From: Selaginella moellendorffii
Lineage: Eukaryota; Plantae; Lycopodiophyta
Assembly: GCF_000143415.4 (NCBI RefSeq)
Contig: NW_003314287.1
Location: 952,203 to 1,016,202 of the forward strand
Direction: 5' to 3'
DNA length: 64,000 nucleotides
In this document: positions 1-17,704 of the stretch, piece after piece
Layout: each line of letters starts with the position of its first letter
Numbering within the stretch: the stretch's first letter is position 1
Translations under genes and position numbers: made by a program
Notes under the pieces: model-generated
What the model saw: only the letters and a program-made list of their open reading frames with translations
Database searches by the model: none
What the model was told of the DNA's origin: nothing

Positions 1-3000
1 GAAATAGGAGGAGCAAGCTAAAGAAGCCGCCGCTCTTGCGAAGGGGCCATTCCGTGCCGCCTCACCAGGACGTGAGGCATGCCAGTCCTGTGGAGATTTG
101 GTGGTCCGAGAATGGGAAGGCTTCCGGGGAGGAGGAGAAGCTAGTGCCTGGTAGCAGCTCGCAGGCTGCGGAGATCCAGCAGGAGGAAAGCGCGGCTCCA
201 GTAGAAAATGCGAAGAACTTGAAGGATTCAGCTGCTAGTGAAGCTGGAAAGACTGTGGAAAGTGGAAGAACATCGTCACTGAGTTGCAAGTCGAGATCCA
301 AGTCGACTTCTTTGTCTTCTGATCGTGACCAGGAGGACGATAAATCGCAAGTGTTTCCTGTCTTGCCGAAAGTTCGCACTCGTCTCGAAGGTGATATTCA
401 TCTGCTCGAATTTATAATTTTCTGGGATTTTCTAGCAGAAAGTGGCCAAACTTTCAATCATTCCGCATCAAACAGGAGAACTGCACACTTGAGACCATCC
501 TCTCCTCCTAAGTCTGGACTTTTTGATTTGGATGGATCGGATGAGGATTTGGATATGTTGAATGACAAAGAAGACGCTGTTCTTGTCGATGAAATTTGTG
601 CAATCGAGGAAGCTGTAGCCAATGAATGCTTTGAGGAGCCATTGTTGAGGATGGTACGTTACAGTGGCTGATGACATGAAAATTCTGGTATGCTTTGCTC
701 TTGTTTGTGTGTTCTGATTGGTCGAATGAGTGTCATCGTTTTGCAGGATGACGATCCAAAAAACTTTGGACTATCACATTCTCCGAGCTTGGAATGCTTG
801 GTCGCATCATTAGAGCAACAAACTGAGAAGTCTGAGACACATTCAGCTAGGCCGCATAGTCTTGCAGACGAGCTTCTCGGAGCGCCTGATCCTGTGGCTG
901 CTGACATTCTAAGAAAGGAGCCACAACAAGAAACGTTTGTTCGCATGAAAGTCACACCCTATGGTACGTATAATCCTCATCATCGTTTCTGACTCCTCCT
1001 CTCACATATTTTATGTATCAGATCCGCCTACAGCCGAAGAAGAGGAAGTTTGCATTGTGCTACAGCAGTGTTTGGCTCTAAGAGAAAAATATTTATTTGT
1101 GGAAAAGGATCCACCATGGCGGAAAGGAATGTTTTGTGCATCAGGATTTAATCCAGATCCTTTCCACTACGAACCAGAACCTCGATCGCAGGTTTGCTCT
1201 TTTTTAAATGAGCTTTGACTAACTAACATAGCTAACGTCCAGCATGTTTTTAAAGAGATAGATGGTGTTATACATGTTTATGCAAATTCAGAAGGTATGT
1301 CCTTGCTACCATGAAAACTTCTAAAGTGGTGTTTTCAGCAAAGGAGGAGTTGTTTCCCGTTCCTGACGCAACTACATTCTTTACGGACATGCACCGAATA
1401 CTTAGACTTACAGGACTAGGAAATGTGCGAACCTTCTGTTACCATCGGTTACATCTTCTGGAACAGGTAGATCGTATCCTTGCACTTAGAAACATCTAAC
1501 ATCTGAATCTCCTTACTGCAGAAATTTAGCCTTCATCTCATGCTTAATGCGGACAGAGAGTTTCTTGCTCAGAAGAGTGCCCCCCATCGAGATTTTTACA
1601 ACGTCAGGAAGGTTGACACTCACGTGCATCATTCATCTTGTATGAACCAAAAGCATCTTTTGCGATTTATCAAGTCAAAGCTGAGAAATGAACCCGACGA
1701 GGTGACTTACAATCTAAAAGCTTTTATATGGATACACTCAACTGTTTCTTGCCAAGTCAGGTTGTTATCTTTCGGGATGGCCAATATCTTACTCTTAAGG
1801 AGGTCTTCGAAAGCTTGGACTTAACAGGGTATGTTTTAGCGGCGATACATTGCAGAAGAATTGGTGTAATTTTGGTATTGCTAGGTACGACCTGAATGTG
1901 GATTTGCTTGACGTCCATGCTGATAAAAATACGTTTCATCGCTTCGACAAATTCAATCTTAAGTACAATCCTTGTGGTCAAAGCCGGCTTAGAGAGATCT
2001 TTCTGAAGCAGGACAATCTTATCCAGGGTACCTTTTGAAATCAGTAAGCTTTTCATATACAATCCATGCACTCCTCAGGGCGCTTCTTGGCGGAGCTAAC
2101 AAAAGAAGTTTTTCAGGATCTTGCTGTCAGCAAGTACCAGGTATCATTTAAAGTGGCAGCTATTCCATTCTGGTGGAACTTAAATCCTGCAGATGGCGGA
2201 GTACAGGATATCCGTATATGGAAGAAAGCAAAGTGAGTGGGATCAACTGGCAAGCTGGATTGTAAATAACGAGCTTTACAGCGAAAACGTTGTATGGCTT
2301 GTTCAAGTAGGTAGTCCGATTTCCTTAAGTTGGTCTTACTCTGTGTGATACAGGTTCCTCGACTCTACATATTTTACAAGATGATGGGCATTGTTACATC
2401 CTTTCAAACCATATTGAACAATTTGTTTCTTCCATTATTTGAAGTCACGATTGATCCTGGTTCGCATCCGCAGCTACACATATTTTTGAAACAGGTAATC
2501 TCTTGACAGTTTCTCTCGTCGTTTTATCACGGTGTGTAGGTGGTAGCATTCGATATGGTTGACGACGAGAGTAAACCAGAGCGTCGTCCAAATAAACATA
2601 TGCAAACTCCTGCACAGTGGGATATCAACTTTAATCCGGCCTACTCGTATTGGGCGTACTACATTTACGCCAACATGTACACTTTAAACAAGGTAGAAAC
2701 TTTCAAGAACAGTTCATGGATGATTCTTGTATTTCTGTGTTGGCAGCTCCGTGAGTCCAGGGGTTTGTGCACAATTAAGTTTCGGCCTCATTCCGGAGAG
2801 GCAGGAGATTTGGATCACTTGGCGTCCACGTTTTTACTGGCTCACAACATCGCTCATGGAAACAACCTCAGAAAATCTCCTGGACTTCAGTATCTTTATT
2901 ACCTCGCCCAGGTTTTATCATGTTTGGTTTTTCGTCCCGCACTTTAACCTCTCCTTTTTCTTGTGGTTCGTTTGGTAGATTGGTCTGGCTATGTCTCCCT

Positions 3001-3548
3001 TGAGCAACAACTCTTTGTTTTTGGATTACCACCGTAATCCTTTTCCTATGTTTTTCTCACGAGGTCTCAATGTTTCCCTGTCAACGGATGATCCACTTCA
3101 AATACATCTTACTAAAGAACCACTAGTGGAGGAATACAGCATTGCCGCTCAGGTACGCTCTAAAGACGATCTCAAGCTTAAGTTCTCGTTTGTGTCTCAG
3201 GTCTGGAAGCTGAGTTCCTGCGACCTGTGTGAAATCGCAAGAAACTCCGTCTATCAGTCGGGTTTTCCTCATCACATGAAGGTCTCTCTTTTTCCACGTT
3301 TTGTCAAGCATAACTTGGTGCTCTCCAGCTTCATTGGATTGGACACAAATACTTCAAACGGGGAGCTGCGGGGAACGACATCCACAAAACCAACGTACCT
3401 CATATCCGTGTAGAGTTTCGATACGAGGTGAAGCAAGCCTTCTTCTAGCACTCTATCTTGATTCGTTCGCTCGTTTTAGACTTGGCAAGAAGAATTGCAA
3501 TACATATGTTTGGGAGGCGCCAGAATCTCGGAAGAAATCGATCCATAA
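1..3548 (+). CDS. AMPD: AMP deaminase (multi-exon; start lies upstream of the window)
   Basis: Spliced ORF pieces carry [73 protein letters not shown] and [14 protein letters not shown]. The last exon [22 protein letters not shown] ends with TAA at 3546-3548. Confidence 0.97.
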
Positions 3549-4041
3549 GGAGAACTCGACGGCTACGATGGCCTTGTCTTATACCCATTCAAAATGGACG
3601 TACAAGACTTGTTAGAAAGATTTCATGGAGGTTAGGTATCTTGATTAAAGTAAACCGATTAAGGCAAGTCGCTCGATCAATGTCGAGCGAATGATCTTAT
3701 AGAGGTTCGATCGATGTGTTCCAATGCCACAGAAGTGAAGCCCCTCTTTGGCTTTGTGATGCTCATGAGTAAAGTCACAACGATTGAACCTGATCGAGAT
3801 GAAAACCTCTAAAGACTTTAAACATTTGTTAAGCTCGTAGGTTCTAAGAAACAATGTCTGATTGTACATCTAGCGGATCTCCTCGTCTAAATGATCGAGA
3901 AACCAGAGGCTTTGAGATGCTCATGAGTAAACTCTTTGTTTTCCTCAAAGCTTGTTGAAACTGTTGTTTCAACAAAAGGTTGTTCAAAGTCTTTTGGAGG
4001 TTTTCAGACGGATGTATCTCCATTGTCTGATTGTACATCTT

Positions 4042-4328
4042 AGGTTGTTATCTTTCGGACTTTTTAAAGAGGTCTTCGGGTATGTTAGATCGGCAAACCG
4101 TTGTAGATTTGCTTTCCTTTAGTACTCTTTTTGATGCGTTCTTTTCAGACTTGGCAAGAAGAGTTGCAATACATATGTTCTCGGAAGAAATCGATAACAC
4201 AGCTAAGCATTATTTGTATGAGCATGCATGCTTTCATATTGTCTTGTACTCGACGGCTACGATGGCCTCATCTTAAACCCAATTCAAACTGGACGTATAG
4301 GATTTGCTGGAAGGATTTACAAAAGTGA
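4042..4328 (+). pseudogene. Deleted partial duplicate of AMPD (internal exon fragment plus last exon and 3'UTR)
   Basis: 4042-4087 matches the AMPD exon at 1759-1836 (aggttgttatctttcgg...gaggtcttcg...gggtatgtt) with deletions. 4149-4320 matches the last exon and UTR at 3480-3625 with a 16-nt deletion and an insertion. Confidence 0.85.
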
Positions 4329-4546
4329 TGGATATATGGTAGCACAAGCTCTAGGGCTTCAATTGGATATGGCGGCAATCTGATTTGCATCGATCGAGCA
4401 GCGAACACATTGAGATCGCGGTTCATCTTTTGGGTAGGGCATGGATGCGGGAATCACGCGGTAGAGAAGAACAGGGCCCAAGAAGTAACACACCAATGCG
4501 CAGTTAAAAGAGAGCAAATTGTAGGGTTTTTGTGAGCGCCGGCTCA

Positions 4547-7500
4547 ATGGCAGCGATGATGGCGGTGCCTCCCGAGGCCCGCGAGCGCGCCGTGGCGCTC
4601 CTCCACGACGCCCAATTGCATCCCGACGCCGCGGCCAAGCTCGATTCTCTCCGGGAGCTCAGGGAGCTGGCGCTTCACAGGGAGCCGCGGCTTCTCCCGG
4701 AGCTCCTGCCCGTGCTGCTGGAGCTGCGCAACGATCGCGCCAGCGCCATCCGCAACTTTCTTGTCGAGTGAGTTCCTCCTCTTCTGACCTAATCTAGGCG
4801 CGGCTCACAATGTAGGGTGATCTTTCTTGCTCCCAGGATCATCGAGGAGGTCGGGCTCAGGCAAGTGGAGTATGTTCCGGTGATGATGCCAGTGCTCTTG
4901 ACATTGCTCCGGGGCGAGCCGGCCTTTGCTCGGCGTGCTATCACTGCTGGTACCAATTTGTTTCGCCACACCTTGGAGTATGTCTTGTTGAAGGTATGGC
5001 TCTTGTTCTTGGTGAAAAAGAAGAAGAGTTTCTGATGGTTTCTTGTGCTATTCTTTTTTCAGGGGATTTATACGAGGCAAGTGGATAAGTTCATGCAAGA
5101 TTCTTGGATTTCAGTTCTTCAGTTCAAGGAGTTTGTGTATCCCTTTGCTCAGCAGGTATGGGAAGAAAAGAGAGGTGTATCTTGCGTTTTTCTGAAGTAA
5201 GTTTTTGTACTAGCATGGCAACGACGGGGTACGTTTGCACGCTGTGAAGTTTATCGAGACTGTGATTTTGCTCTTCACTCCAGACCCTAGTGGTCCTTCG
5301 CAGCCACCGCTACCGGATCGACTCGATGGTAGGACACATATTGAAGTGTCGCAGTTACAGATTTTTTCTGGTGTTTTTGTTTCAGGAACGTCAAAAGGGA
5401 TAAACGTGTCCTGGATAGTGTCTGGCCATCCACTCTTAGATGCCACAGCCATGGGTCAAGAGGCGAGCAAATCGTTGGGATTGTTGCTGAACCAGCTGCG
5501 GCAACCTGACGTTTCGGCTCTTCCGGGTCCCGTCGCCATTGTCATCGTGAATAGGTACTTTAATTTTCAAGCTTTCAAAACGTCAATTGAGTGGATTCTT
5601 ATTTGGGAAGGGAATGAGCAGCTTGGCAGCCATTGCGAAACGAAGACCGTCGTTTTACGGGCGCATCCTTCCTGTGTTACTTTCACTGGGACCAAGTTGT
5701 GAAGCGATCAAAGGTGGTCAAGTGGCCAGCGTGGTTACTGCCTTGAAGAATGCCTTTGTCCAGCTTCTAAAATGCACGTATCCTGCGGCAGCACCGGTAT
5801 GCATTTTTTATTGTCACTTCTTCCTTTGTAACTTCGTTATTCTTGGCAGTGGCGCGATCGTCTCACTTCGGCACTGCGCCAGATGAATGCCGGAGACGTT
5901 GCAGACTTGGCAGTCGAGAGAAGCAGCAGGGGTGGCGAAAGAGAGTCGAGAGAGTCGAGTTCCCGCTCCAACCGAGTAAAAGTGCCGAATAAGCCATTTC
6001 TTTTTCCTCCTGTAACGATGTGTGTATTTGTAGGAAGAGAGACAGGATCCACGAAACAAGAGACCCCCACCGCAAGAAAATGGCAATGACGAAGAAAGCT
6101 ATGGAAAACGCTTGCGGACTACTCCGCCGCCCCCGGTTCAGCAGCATTTTCACCCGGATGCATCCGGATACGCGAATGGAGCGGGTCTACCTCCCATACA
6201 GCAGATGATACAGATGTTTGAGGCACTTGCGGCCAAAGGAGAAATCGCTTCGATCGACTTGCTCATGTCGAGGCTCCCTCCTGATACTCTGGCTGATGTC
6301 GTGATTGTCAACATGCAAAATCTTCCACCGTCTGTTCCTGCGGACTTCATGGACAAGCCGCAGCTATTGCCGCCGCCTCCGCCGCCCCCACCTATCGAGC
6401 CCGTGGCTATGGATGGCAGACGAGATCCACGAAGGGTGAGAATGACTCTTTGCTACTTGATACTAAATCTCTAATTTTTTTTCTTTGGTGTAGGATCCCC
6501 GCCGTATGGATCCCCGTATGGATCCCCGTCGCTTACCATCGCCAGGTCCTCCAATGGTGATGCCAAAGCAGGAGGACTTACAGCAGCCAGGAGTGCCTCC
6601 TGTTTTCAGAACTGTGAAGGCAGAGCCCGTGTCTCCGCCTGTGATGAACAGCAGGGATCCAAGAGCTTCCTTGAAAGCTACGTCCGTGAAAATGGAACCG
6701 ACGTTTACGCACGTAAAGTCAGAACCGGACGAGGATATGGGGATTCGGACCATCTCAACGATGTATGGTGCACTGTATCCTTCTAGTGATGCCCTTGACG
6801 ATAGACAAGAAGCAGGAACTTCCGGGGCTGGTTTGTCCAGCTTCCTTCCTGTGGTGACGTTAAGTAATGAGCAACGGGCGACTCTTGGAAACTCTGCGTT
6901 GACACGCATATTAGAAGGAAGCAAATCAGTCTCGGCCGCTGGTGGTGGTGGTTTGAGGATCGCGTTATTAGCGCGTCTGACTGCGCAGGCAAGTATTTCG
7001 TATTTCGTGAAAACTGTTGTAAACTAATTTACCTTTTTCCTTCAGTCGGCTGAGGCTTTGAATACTTTACAAAAGCACATACTTGCGGACTATGCGAATC
7101 ATATGGTACGTAAGTACAGATAAAAGTGATTGTAGTCACGTTTATGTCTTTCAGGGTCATGAACTTGCGCTACACGTTTTCTATGAACTGTACCTGATGC
7201 ACATAGCTGGTGGAGATAGTATAGAGAAATACGAAAACTTTTTTGTATCTTTGGTAAGCTTATATTCATGCAAGAAATTTGACAACGTTGTCTTCAAACA
7301 GAGCCAGGGGTTGAAAGATTCGCTACCTCCGTCAGACAAGTCTTTGAGCAAGCTGTTGTGCGAGATCCCGTTGTTTCCGGAGGGAGCATTTGCGCTCTTA
7401 GAAAGTCTTTGTAATCCGATCAATGAGCCCAATGGTGATCGCGTTACACAGGGCTTAAGCGCTTTGTGGAGTCTCATCTTGCAACGTCCGGCAGTTCGGG

Positions 7501-9589
7501 AGAGGTGTTTAAATATGGCTTTAGAGGTATTTTGTTTTTGGTGTTTTGGCCTGGACGCGTCCCTGACCATCGTTTTCATTTTGCAGTGCGCTGTGCACGA
7601 GGTCGATGACGCTCGAACAAAGGCCATTCGTTTGGTAAGCTTCCAAGTAAATATCATGTCACGAATTGAACTTTGGGTGCCTTCAGGTTGCAAATAAACT
7701 GTACCCTGTGACCTTCATTTCACAAAAAATTGAAGAGTTTGCCACTAAAATGCTATTATCTGTTGTAAATGTCGGAGGACATAATGTAGACAGTGAAGCT
7801 CAGGAACGGAGCACGCTACAGGTGCTTCTGTTTTTTTGTAAACATGACTGGAATCTTAAAGGTGCTGTGTCTTTCGTAACAGGAAGTTGCTCCCGGCGAT
7901 CAAGAAGCGAATGCAGCCGACGGCGGGGGAACCAAAGCAGAAGCCCAACGTTGTATGTCACTTTATTTTGCTCTTTGTACCAAGGTCAGTTATTTCATGT
8001 CCAGTGTCTGTTTATTACATGTAAACTTACCTGCAGAAACATGCTCTTTTGGGCGAGCTATTCAATGTATACGATCGAGCACCAAAGCCAGTAAAGCAAG
8101 CAATTCATCGGCAAATACCTGTTCTAGTCCGGACGGTCGGACAATCTTCCCCAGAATTACTAAGTATCATCTCCGCTCCTCCACAGGGCTGCGAAAACTT
8201 GTTACTACAGGTAATGGATGACTCGCCGATCATGGCTGGCATTTTTTTACGTTTTGCATGAATAGGTCCTACATGTTCTGACTGAAGGAACCACGCCATC
8301 GCCGGAACTTATCAAAACGATAAAACAGCTCCACGAGACCAGGATAAAGGTGACTGCCTGGAAATCAATCAGCTAGTTAAATATGTTCTTGTGCAGGACG
8401 CGGTATTTCTGATCCCAATCTTGTCGTCACTTTCAAAAGAAGAGGTTTGCTTGTGGCGAAGTTTTGTATCGCAAATTACTGACTGGGAAATGGTTCAGGT
8501 TCTTCCAATTTTTCCGCGGTTGGTTGATCTACCACCGGACAAGTTTCAAGTTGCACTGGCGCGTATCTTGCAGGTAGGCTGTAGCGATTGATTGGCTTGG
8601 TTGGCATTTCATAAGCGTTGGAAACGGCAGGGCTCTGCGCACACAGGTCCTGCTTTGACACCTGCCGAAGTGCTCATTGCTCTTCACGGTATAGATCAGC
8701 AACGTGATGCAGTTCCTTTGAAGAAGGTACTTGTTTCTTTTCTCCAGCAGGAAGGTTACATATCTATGATTTTCAGGTCACGGAAGCTTGCTCGGCATGC
8801 TTGCAACAGCGAAATGTCTTCAATCAGGACGTTTTAGCGAAAGTCTTGAATCAGTTGGTAAGGCCTCTGGTTCGTATCTTCCATTACGTAACATTTTGGA
8901 AACTTGATCAGGTGGAACAAACACCTCTTCCAAAGCTATTTATGCGAACTGTCATTCAAGCTGTTGGAACGTTTCGGTCTTTGGTATGGTTTTCCATGCG
9001 TTTACGTCATTGCCTGAAAATCTTCGATTTCCCGACAGGTGGGTTTCGTCATGGATATTCTACTCAGACTTGTCAACAAGCAGGTACTTCTCTCGCGTTC
9101 TTTCGCCTTCTTCTTCGAACGTGTTTAATTTAGTTTTCTTACTCGCATATCGCGTTCCCAGATCTGGAAGACTCCTCAATTATGGGTTGGATTCCTCAAG
9201 TGCGCGAGCGAAACCACACCGCATTCCTTTCGTGTCTTGCTACAGGTACTACTGTTTATCACTCGCAATTGTAAATAACACGCTGCTTCTTTTATTACGC
9301 GAAGCTTCCAACCGCGCAGCTCGAGAACGCTCTCGTGAAGCATCCAACGTTGAAAACGCCGTTGGCCGCGCATGCGAGCCAGCCGAGTGTCCGGTCCTCC
9401 GTTCCCAGGTAAGAAAAGAAAAAAATCTTCTCTTTTTGGTTTAAACTTTCGATCTAGACTTTCGGTCTAACTTTTGTCGGTGTGTCTCGAAGGTCGTCGC
9501 TGGTATTGCTTGGAGTGATCCAGGACGACGTAACAGCGGTCGAGGCGGCTAGTGCGCCATCATCGTCAGGGAATGCTCCACAACAGTGA
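4547..9589 (+). CDS. Symplekin / ESP4-like 3'-end processing scaffold (multi-exon)
   Basis: Motifs include AVKFIETVILLFTPDP, LAAIAKRRPSFYGRILPVLL, RDPRR/DPRR repeats, GDRVTQGLSALWSLILQRP, LTPAEVLIALHGID and VEQTPLPKLFMRTVIQA. TGA at 9587-9589. Confidence 0.93.
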
Positions 9590-9818
9590 AAGGGAGGACA
9601 CGCTCGTTCACACGCACGCGGACTCCAAACCAGGCACTCAATTTTGTTGATAAAATCTTTAATGCGAATATACTACGTCCCCATCCAGCCGTGCGTATCC
9701 GACGGCGGTCAGCGGCCGTGCATTAAATATCTGCCATTAGGGCATGGCGCCAGGCTGACCTGGCAACGTGTTTTTTTGCCCTTTCCACCAAAATATATAT
9801 TTTCTGATACCCCTTTTG

Positions 9819-9841
9819 TAGGGTTAGGGTTTCTAGGGTTT
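9819..9841 (+). promoter_or_regulatory. Telo-box cluster (TAGGGTT repeats) at the 5' end of the PP2C gene
   Basis: tagggttagggtttctagggttt about 175 nt upstream of ATG 10016. Confidence 0.6.
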
Positions 9842-10015
9842 GCGTGACGAAGACGAGTAGCAGCGAGTAGCGAAGCAGCAGTAGCGCGGACGAGCAGTGA
9901 GCAGCGAGCAGAGAGCAGCGAGGAGTGATTTCTCTGGGATTGTGAATCGAGCGATCAATTGGATTGCAAGTCTGGCTCATACCGAGCAGCGATCGGTGGC
10001 GCATTCGATCGAGCT

Positions 10016-11447
10016 ATGGCGGCAGGGGCAGACATATCACAGCCTGTGGGGGCGCTGGAGCAGCTCCCTGCTGGAGGAGGGGCGGCCGGCGCATCCAGCG
10101 ATCCCATTGCGAAGCCGCCCAAGCCGGTGTACACGGCCACAATTACAGCGTGCCTGACGGCCACTACCACCACTACCACCGCCAGTGTGGGGAGCGCCGG
10201 GGCGGGATCTACGGTTTGCAAGTGCGTGAGCACGGTGAGGTTAGCTATGTCGGAAGTGGTAAGTTTCTCTCGAGCAAATGGGTCTATGGTTTCTTAGAAT
10301 TGCCGCTCTTTGGTTTTTTTCTTCTTTGCGGCTTGCTCGTAAGGTGGAGGAGACTTCTGACCAGAAGGAGGAGGAGATCGCCATCTTCGTGCCGATGATC
10401 CGGTCTGGGGAATGGACTGATATTGGGGGGCGGGGACTTATGGAAGACGCGCATGTTAGAGTGGACGATTTGAGGCCTATGGGCGATGCTCCTGGGGCGT
10501 TCTATGGAGTGAGTTTCTTCGCTTTCGTTTGTTCTTGCTATTTCGTGTGCTCATTTTCCTCGGTTTTGTTTTCTGGGATGTAGGTGTTTGATGGTCACTG
10601 TGGCAAAGATGCCGCACTGTTCGTGAGGGAGCACCTCCTTGGATACATTCTGAGAGACGTGTCCTTCCCTGCGTGCTTGGAGGATGCTGTACGTCATGGC
10701 TTTTACCAGACAGACCACGCGTTCGCTGAGGCGTGCCTTCTAGACGAGCAGCTGCAATCTGGAACTACTGCGCTCACTGCTTTCGTGATTGGAAGGTTCG
10801 CCGCGTTTTTTTTCCTTTTTTCTTTTCTCTCCAGAGGCTTCCAGATGTGTAGTTCCTGACACGCGTACCACTTTTCTTTTTGTTTTTTTTTTCCTGGCAG
10901 GAGACTTCTAGTTGCGAATGTGGGCGACTCCAGAGCTGTGCTGTCAAGACGAGGCAAGGCCGTGGAGATGTCACGGGACCACAAGCCGGTGGTGGAGCGG
11001 ACAAGGATAGAAGCCTTGGGTGGCTTCGTCGACGATGGCTACCTCAACGGCCAGCTCGCGGTGGCCCGAGCTCTGGGGGACTGGCATATGACGGACTTGA
11101 AGGTCGGGGGTCCGCTTATCTCGGAGCCGGAGCTCCGCCAGGCCATCCTCACCGAGGAGGACGAGTTCCTCATCATCGGCTGCGACGGGCTTTGGGACGT
11201 TTTCACGAGCCAGAACGCCATCGATCTGGCCAGGAAGGAGCTGCAGCAGCACAACGATCCGGACCTGTGCTCCAAGCAGCTGGTGGCGGAGGCGCTGCGG
11301 CGCAACACGAGCGACAACTTGACGGTGGTGACGGTGTGCTTCCACGCCGACTGCCCGCCCCGGCTCTCGTCGGACACGAGAATACGCAGGAGCTTCTCGG
11401 CCGAGGGGTTGAAAAGCGTCCAGGATTTTTTAAACAGGTGCTCTTGA
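10016..11447 (+). CDS. Protein phosphatase 2C (clade G-like), 4 exons
   Basis: Motifs [53 protein letters not shown] and DNLTVVTV. Confidence 0.93.
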
Positions 11448-11866
11448 GCCGGGGGGATAATGATGACAACCATGAAGAACAGGAGAACAGGGTGATAGAA
11501 TTTCTCTTTTTTTTTTTCTCTCGAGCTAGAAGAGATGGAGAAGATAGAAGAACAGGAGGACAGGACGGGGAGGGACACTAACATACTTGAGGCAAACATG
11601 TATCATAGTTTCGAAGGTAGCATAGGGGGGAGACTGGGAGTTTTTTCTTCTTTTTGGTTTCTACTACAATGGCTGATTTTTGGGGGAATAAGCGAGACAA
11701 GGGAGGAGCTCTTGGAGACGAAGAAAAAAAAAAATTGCCTCTTGTGTTGCGAGGAAGGAAGACTATGATTCTTGGGACGCATGGAAGCGGGATTGTCCTC
11801 AATAAAATGCGATGATTTTATACTTATAGAGCATATGTCTTACATAATGTCGCGAGAAATGTTTTA

Positions 11867-13954
<2,088 letters not shown>

Positions 13955-14096
13955 GCATTCTAACCCTAGTTCTTCGCTTGACGTGGTCCAATCACTGCCC
14001 TAGAAGAGATTGCTTTGTCTTAAAAGTGCTGGGCATTTAAAGATTTGCCACGTCAGTGATAATTAGGGTTTGGGAATATTTCGGCTAGGGTTTAGC
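13955..14096. promoter_or_regulatory. Bidirectional promoter between SQE and RH5
   Basis: 142 nt between divergent ATGs. Contains telo-boxes at 13961, 14064 and 14086 and ACGT-core boxes at 13980 and 14047. Confidence 0.7.
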
Positions 14097-16490
<2,394 letters not shown>

Positions 16491-16572
16491 AGGATTTTTG
16501 AAAGAGCTAGCATATTCGCCTAGGGTTTATCGGGCATCCTAGGGTTCTTGCGGAAGGAGAGGCAAAGGCGCG

Positions 16573-16982
16573 ATGGCGATGTCGACGTTTGTGATGACGC
16601 TGGCGGCAATCGGCGCCGCGTACGTGATGATGCGAGGCGACGTGGTGAAGTCCTCGGCGGTGCTGCGCAGGAATCTCAAGCAAGTCAAGACATGGCTGGA
16701 GGAGGATCTCCCTCACGAATCCTCCCAGGCTGCGAGGTAAGCCCGCCCTTCCCCTGATCGCAGCAAATTTCGATCATCCATCGCCTCTTTCGTCCCAATC
16801 CCGGGCATTCCAGTGATTCTTGGTAGCTCTTTCTTCGCAGGAGCATTGACGTCAAGCCCAAGCACATAGAAGAGCGGCCGATTTCGTCCATGCCAGTCGA
16901 TCCACAGCCGCATTCTCACCAGCAGCCGCAGCCGCAGCAGCAAGCAAATCCCCCAGATCAACAGAAGCAACAGCAAATGTGA
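16573..16982 (+). CDS. Small conserved plant protein (101 aa, N-terminal TM helix), 2 exons
   Basis: Exon 1 is 16573-16736, a GT-AG intron spans 16737-16840, exon 2 is 16841-16982. Product is MAMSTFVMTLAAIGAAYVMMRGDVVKSSAVLRRNLKQVKTWLEE plus a Gln-rich tail. The DVxxSxxxxRRNxKxxxxWLEE pattern is recalled from an uncharacterised plant family. Confidence 0.8.
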
Positions 16983-17704
16983 GAGACCGATTTTAGGGTT
17001 CTTCGTTATCAACGGCTCAGATAATAAGAATCACCGCCGTCCGCGTGTCCACGTGGACGACATCCGGCTTTCACTGGCTTATCGCAATCCATAGTGACAG
17101 GAGTGGTAATGGCGTCGCCACCTAAATCCAATCCGGATGGAGCGTCTCGCCGCCATAGCCCGAATCAAATATTGCCATTCACATTCTGCCACGTGTCAGG
17201 AATATCCACAAGCGTTCCGCCAGCTAGGCTCGGCATTTTTTCTACGTCGACCACACAAACCCTCCTTTAAATTTTCCCTTCCTCTCGTTTTTTCGCCCTT
17301 TCTCTTCCCGGCATGAACTGAGATGTGCGTCTAGCGCCTTATCTTCTTCTTCTCTTATCCGATTGGTTCTTCCATCTCGAAATATCTCTCATCCTCTAGA
17401 TTTCTTGGCCCTCCATTGTCGGCGGTGGACGCATTGTAGCGCAGCACGAGCTAGGGTTTGCGCATCCGGCTTCGCGGTCGCGGATTTCTTCTCTAGGGCT
17501 CAGTGAGAACAATCCGTGAGGATTGTCAGCGCTACTGTAGATTTCTACGCCGCAACCGCACTGCGCGGCGCCACTGTTGGAGGGGCGAGCTAAGCATCCA
17601 GGTACTTGAGAGAGATTCGCAGCTTTAAGGTCAATCCGGCGGGCAATGTGATGACGAGGAGGAGCTCGGCTTTCTGGATTTAAGCGAAGAAGAAGAGGAA
17701 GAAG

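Noticed and set aside
4797-4812. ggcgcggctca in symplekin intron 1 resembles a miR171 star or target sequence
   Set aside because: Only about 11 nt match, intronic, and no hairpin partner.
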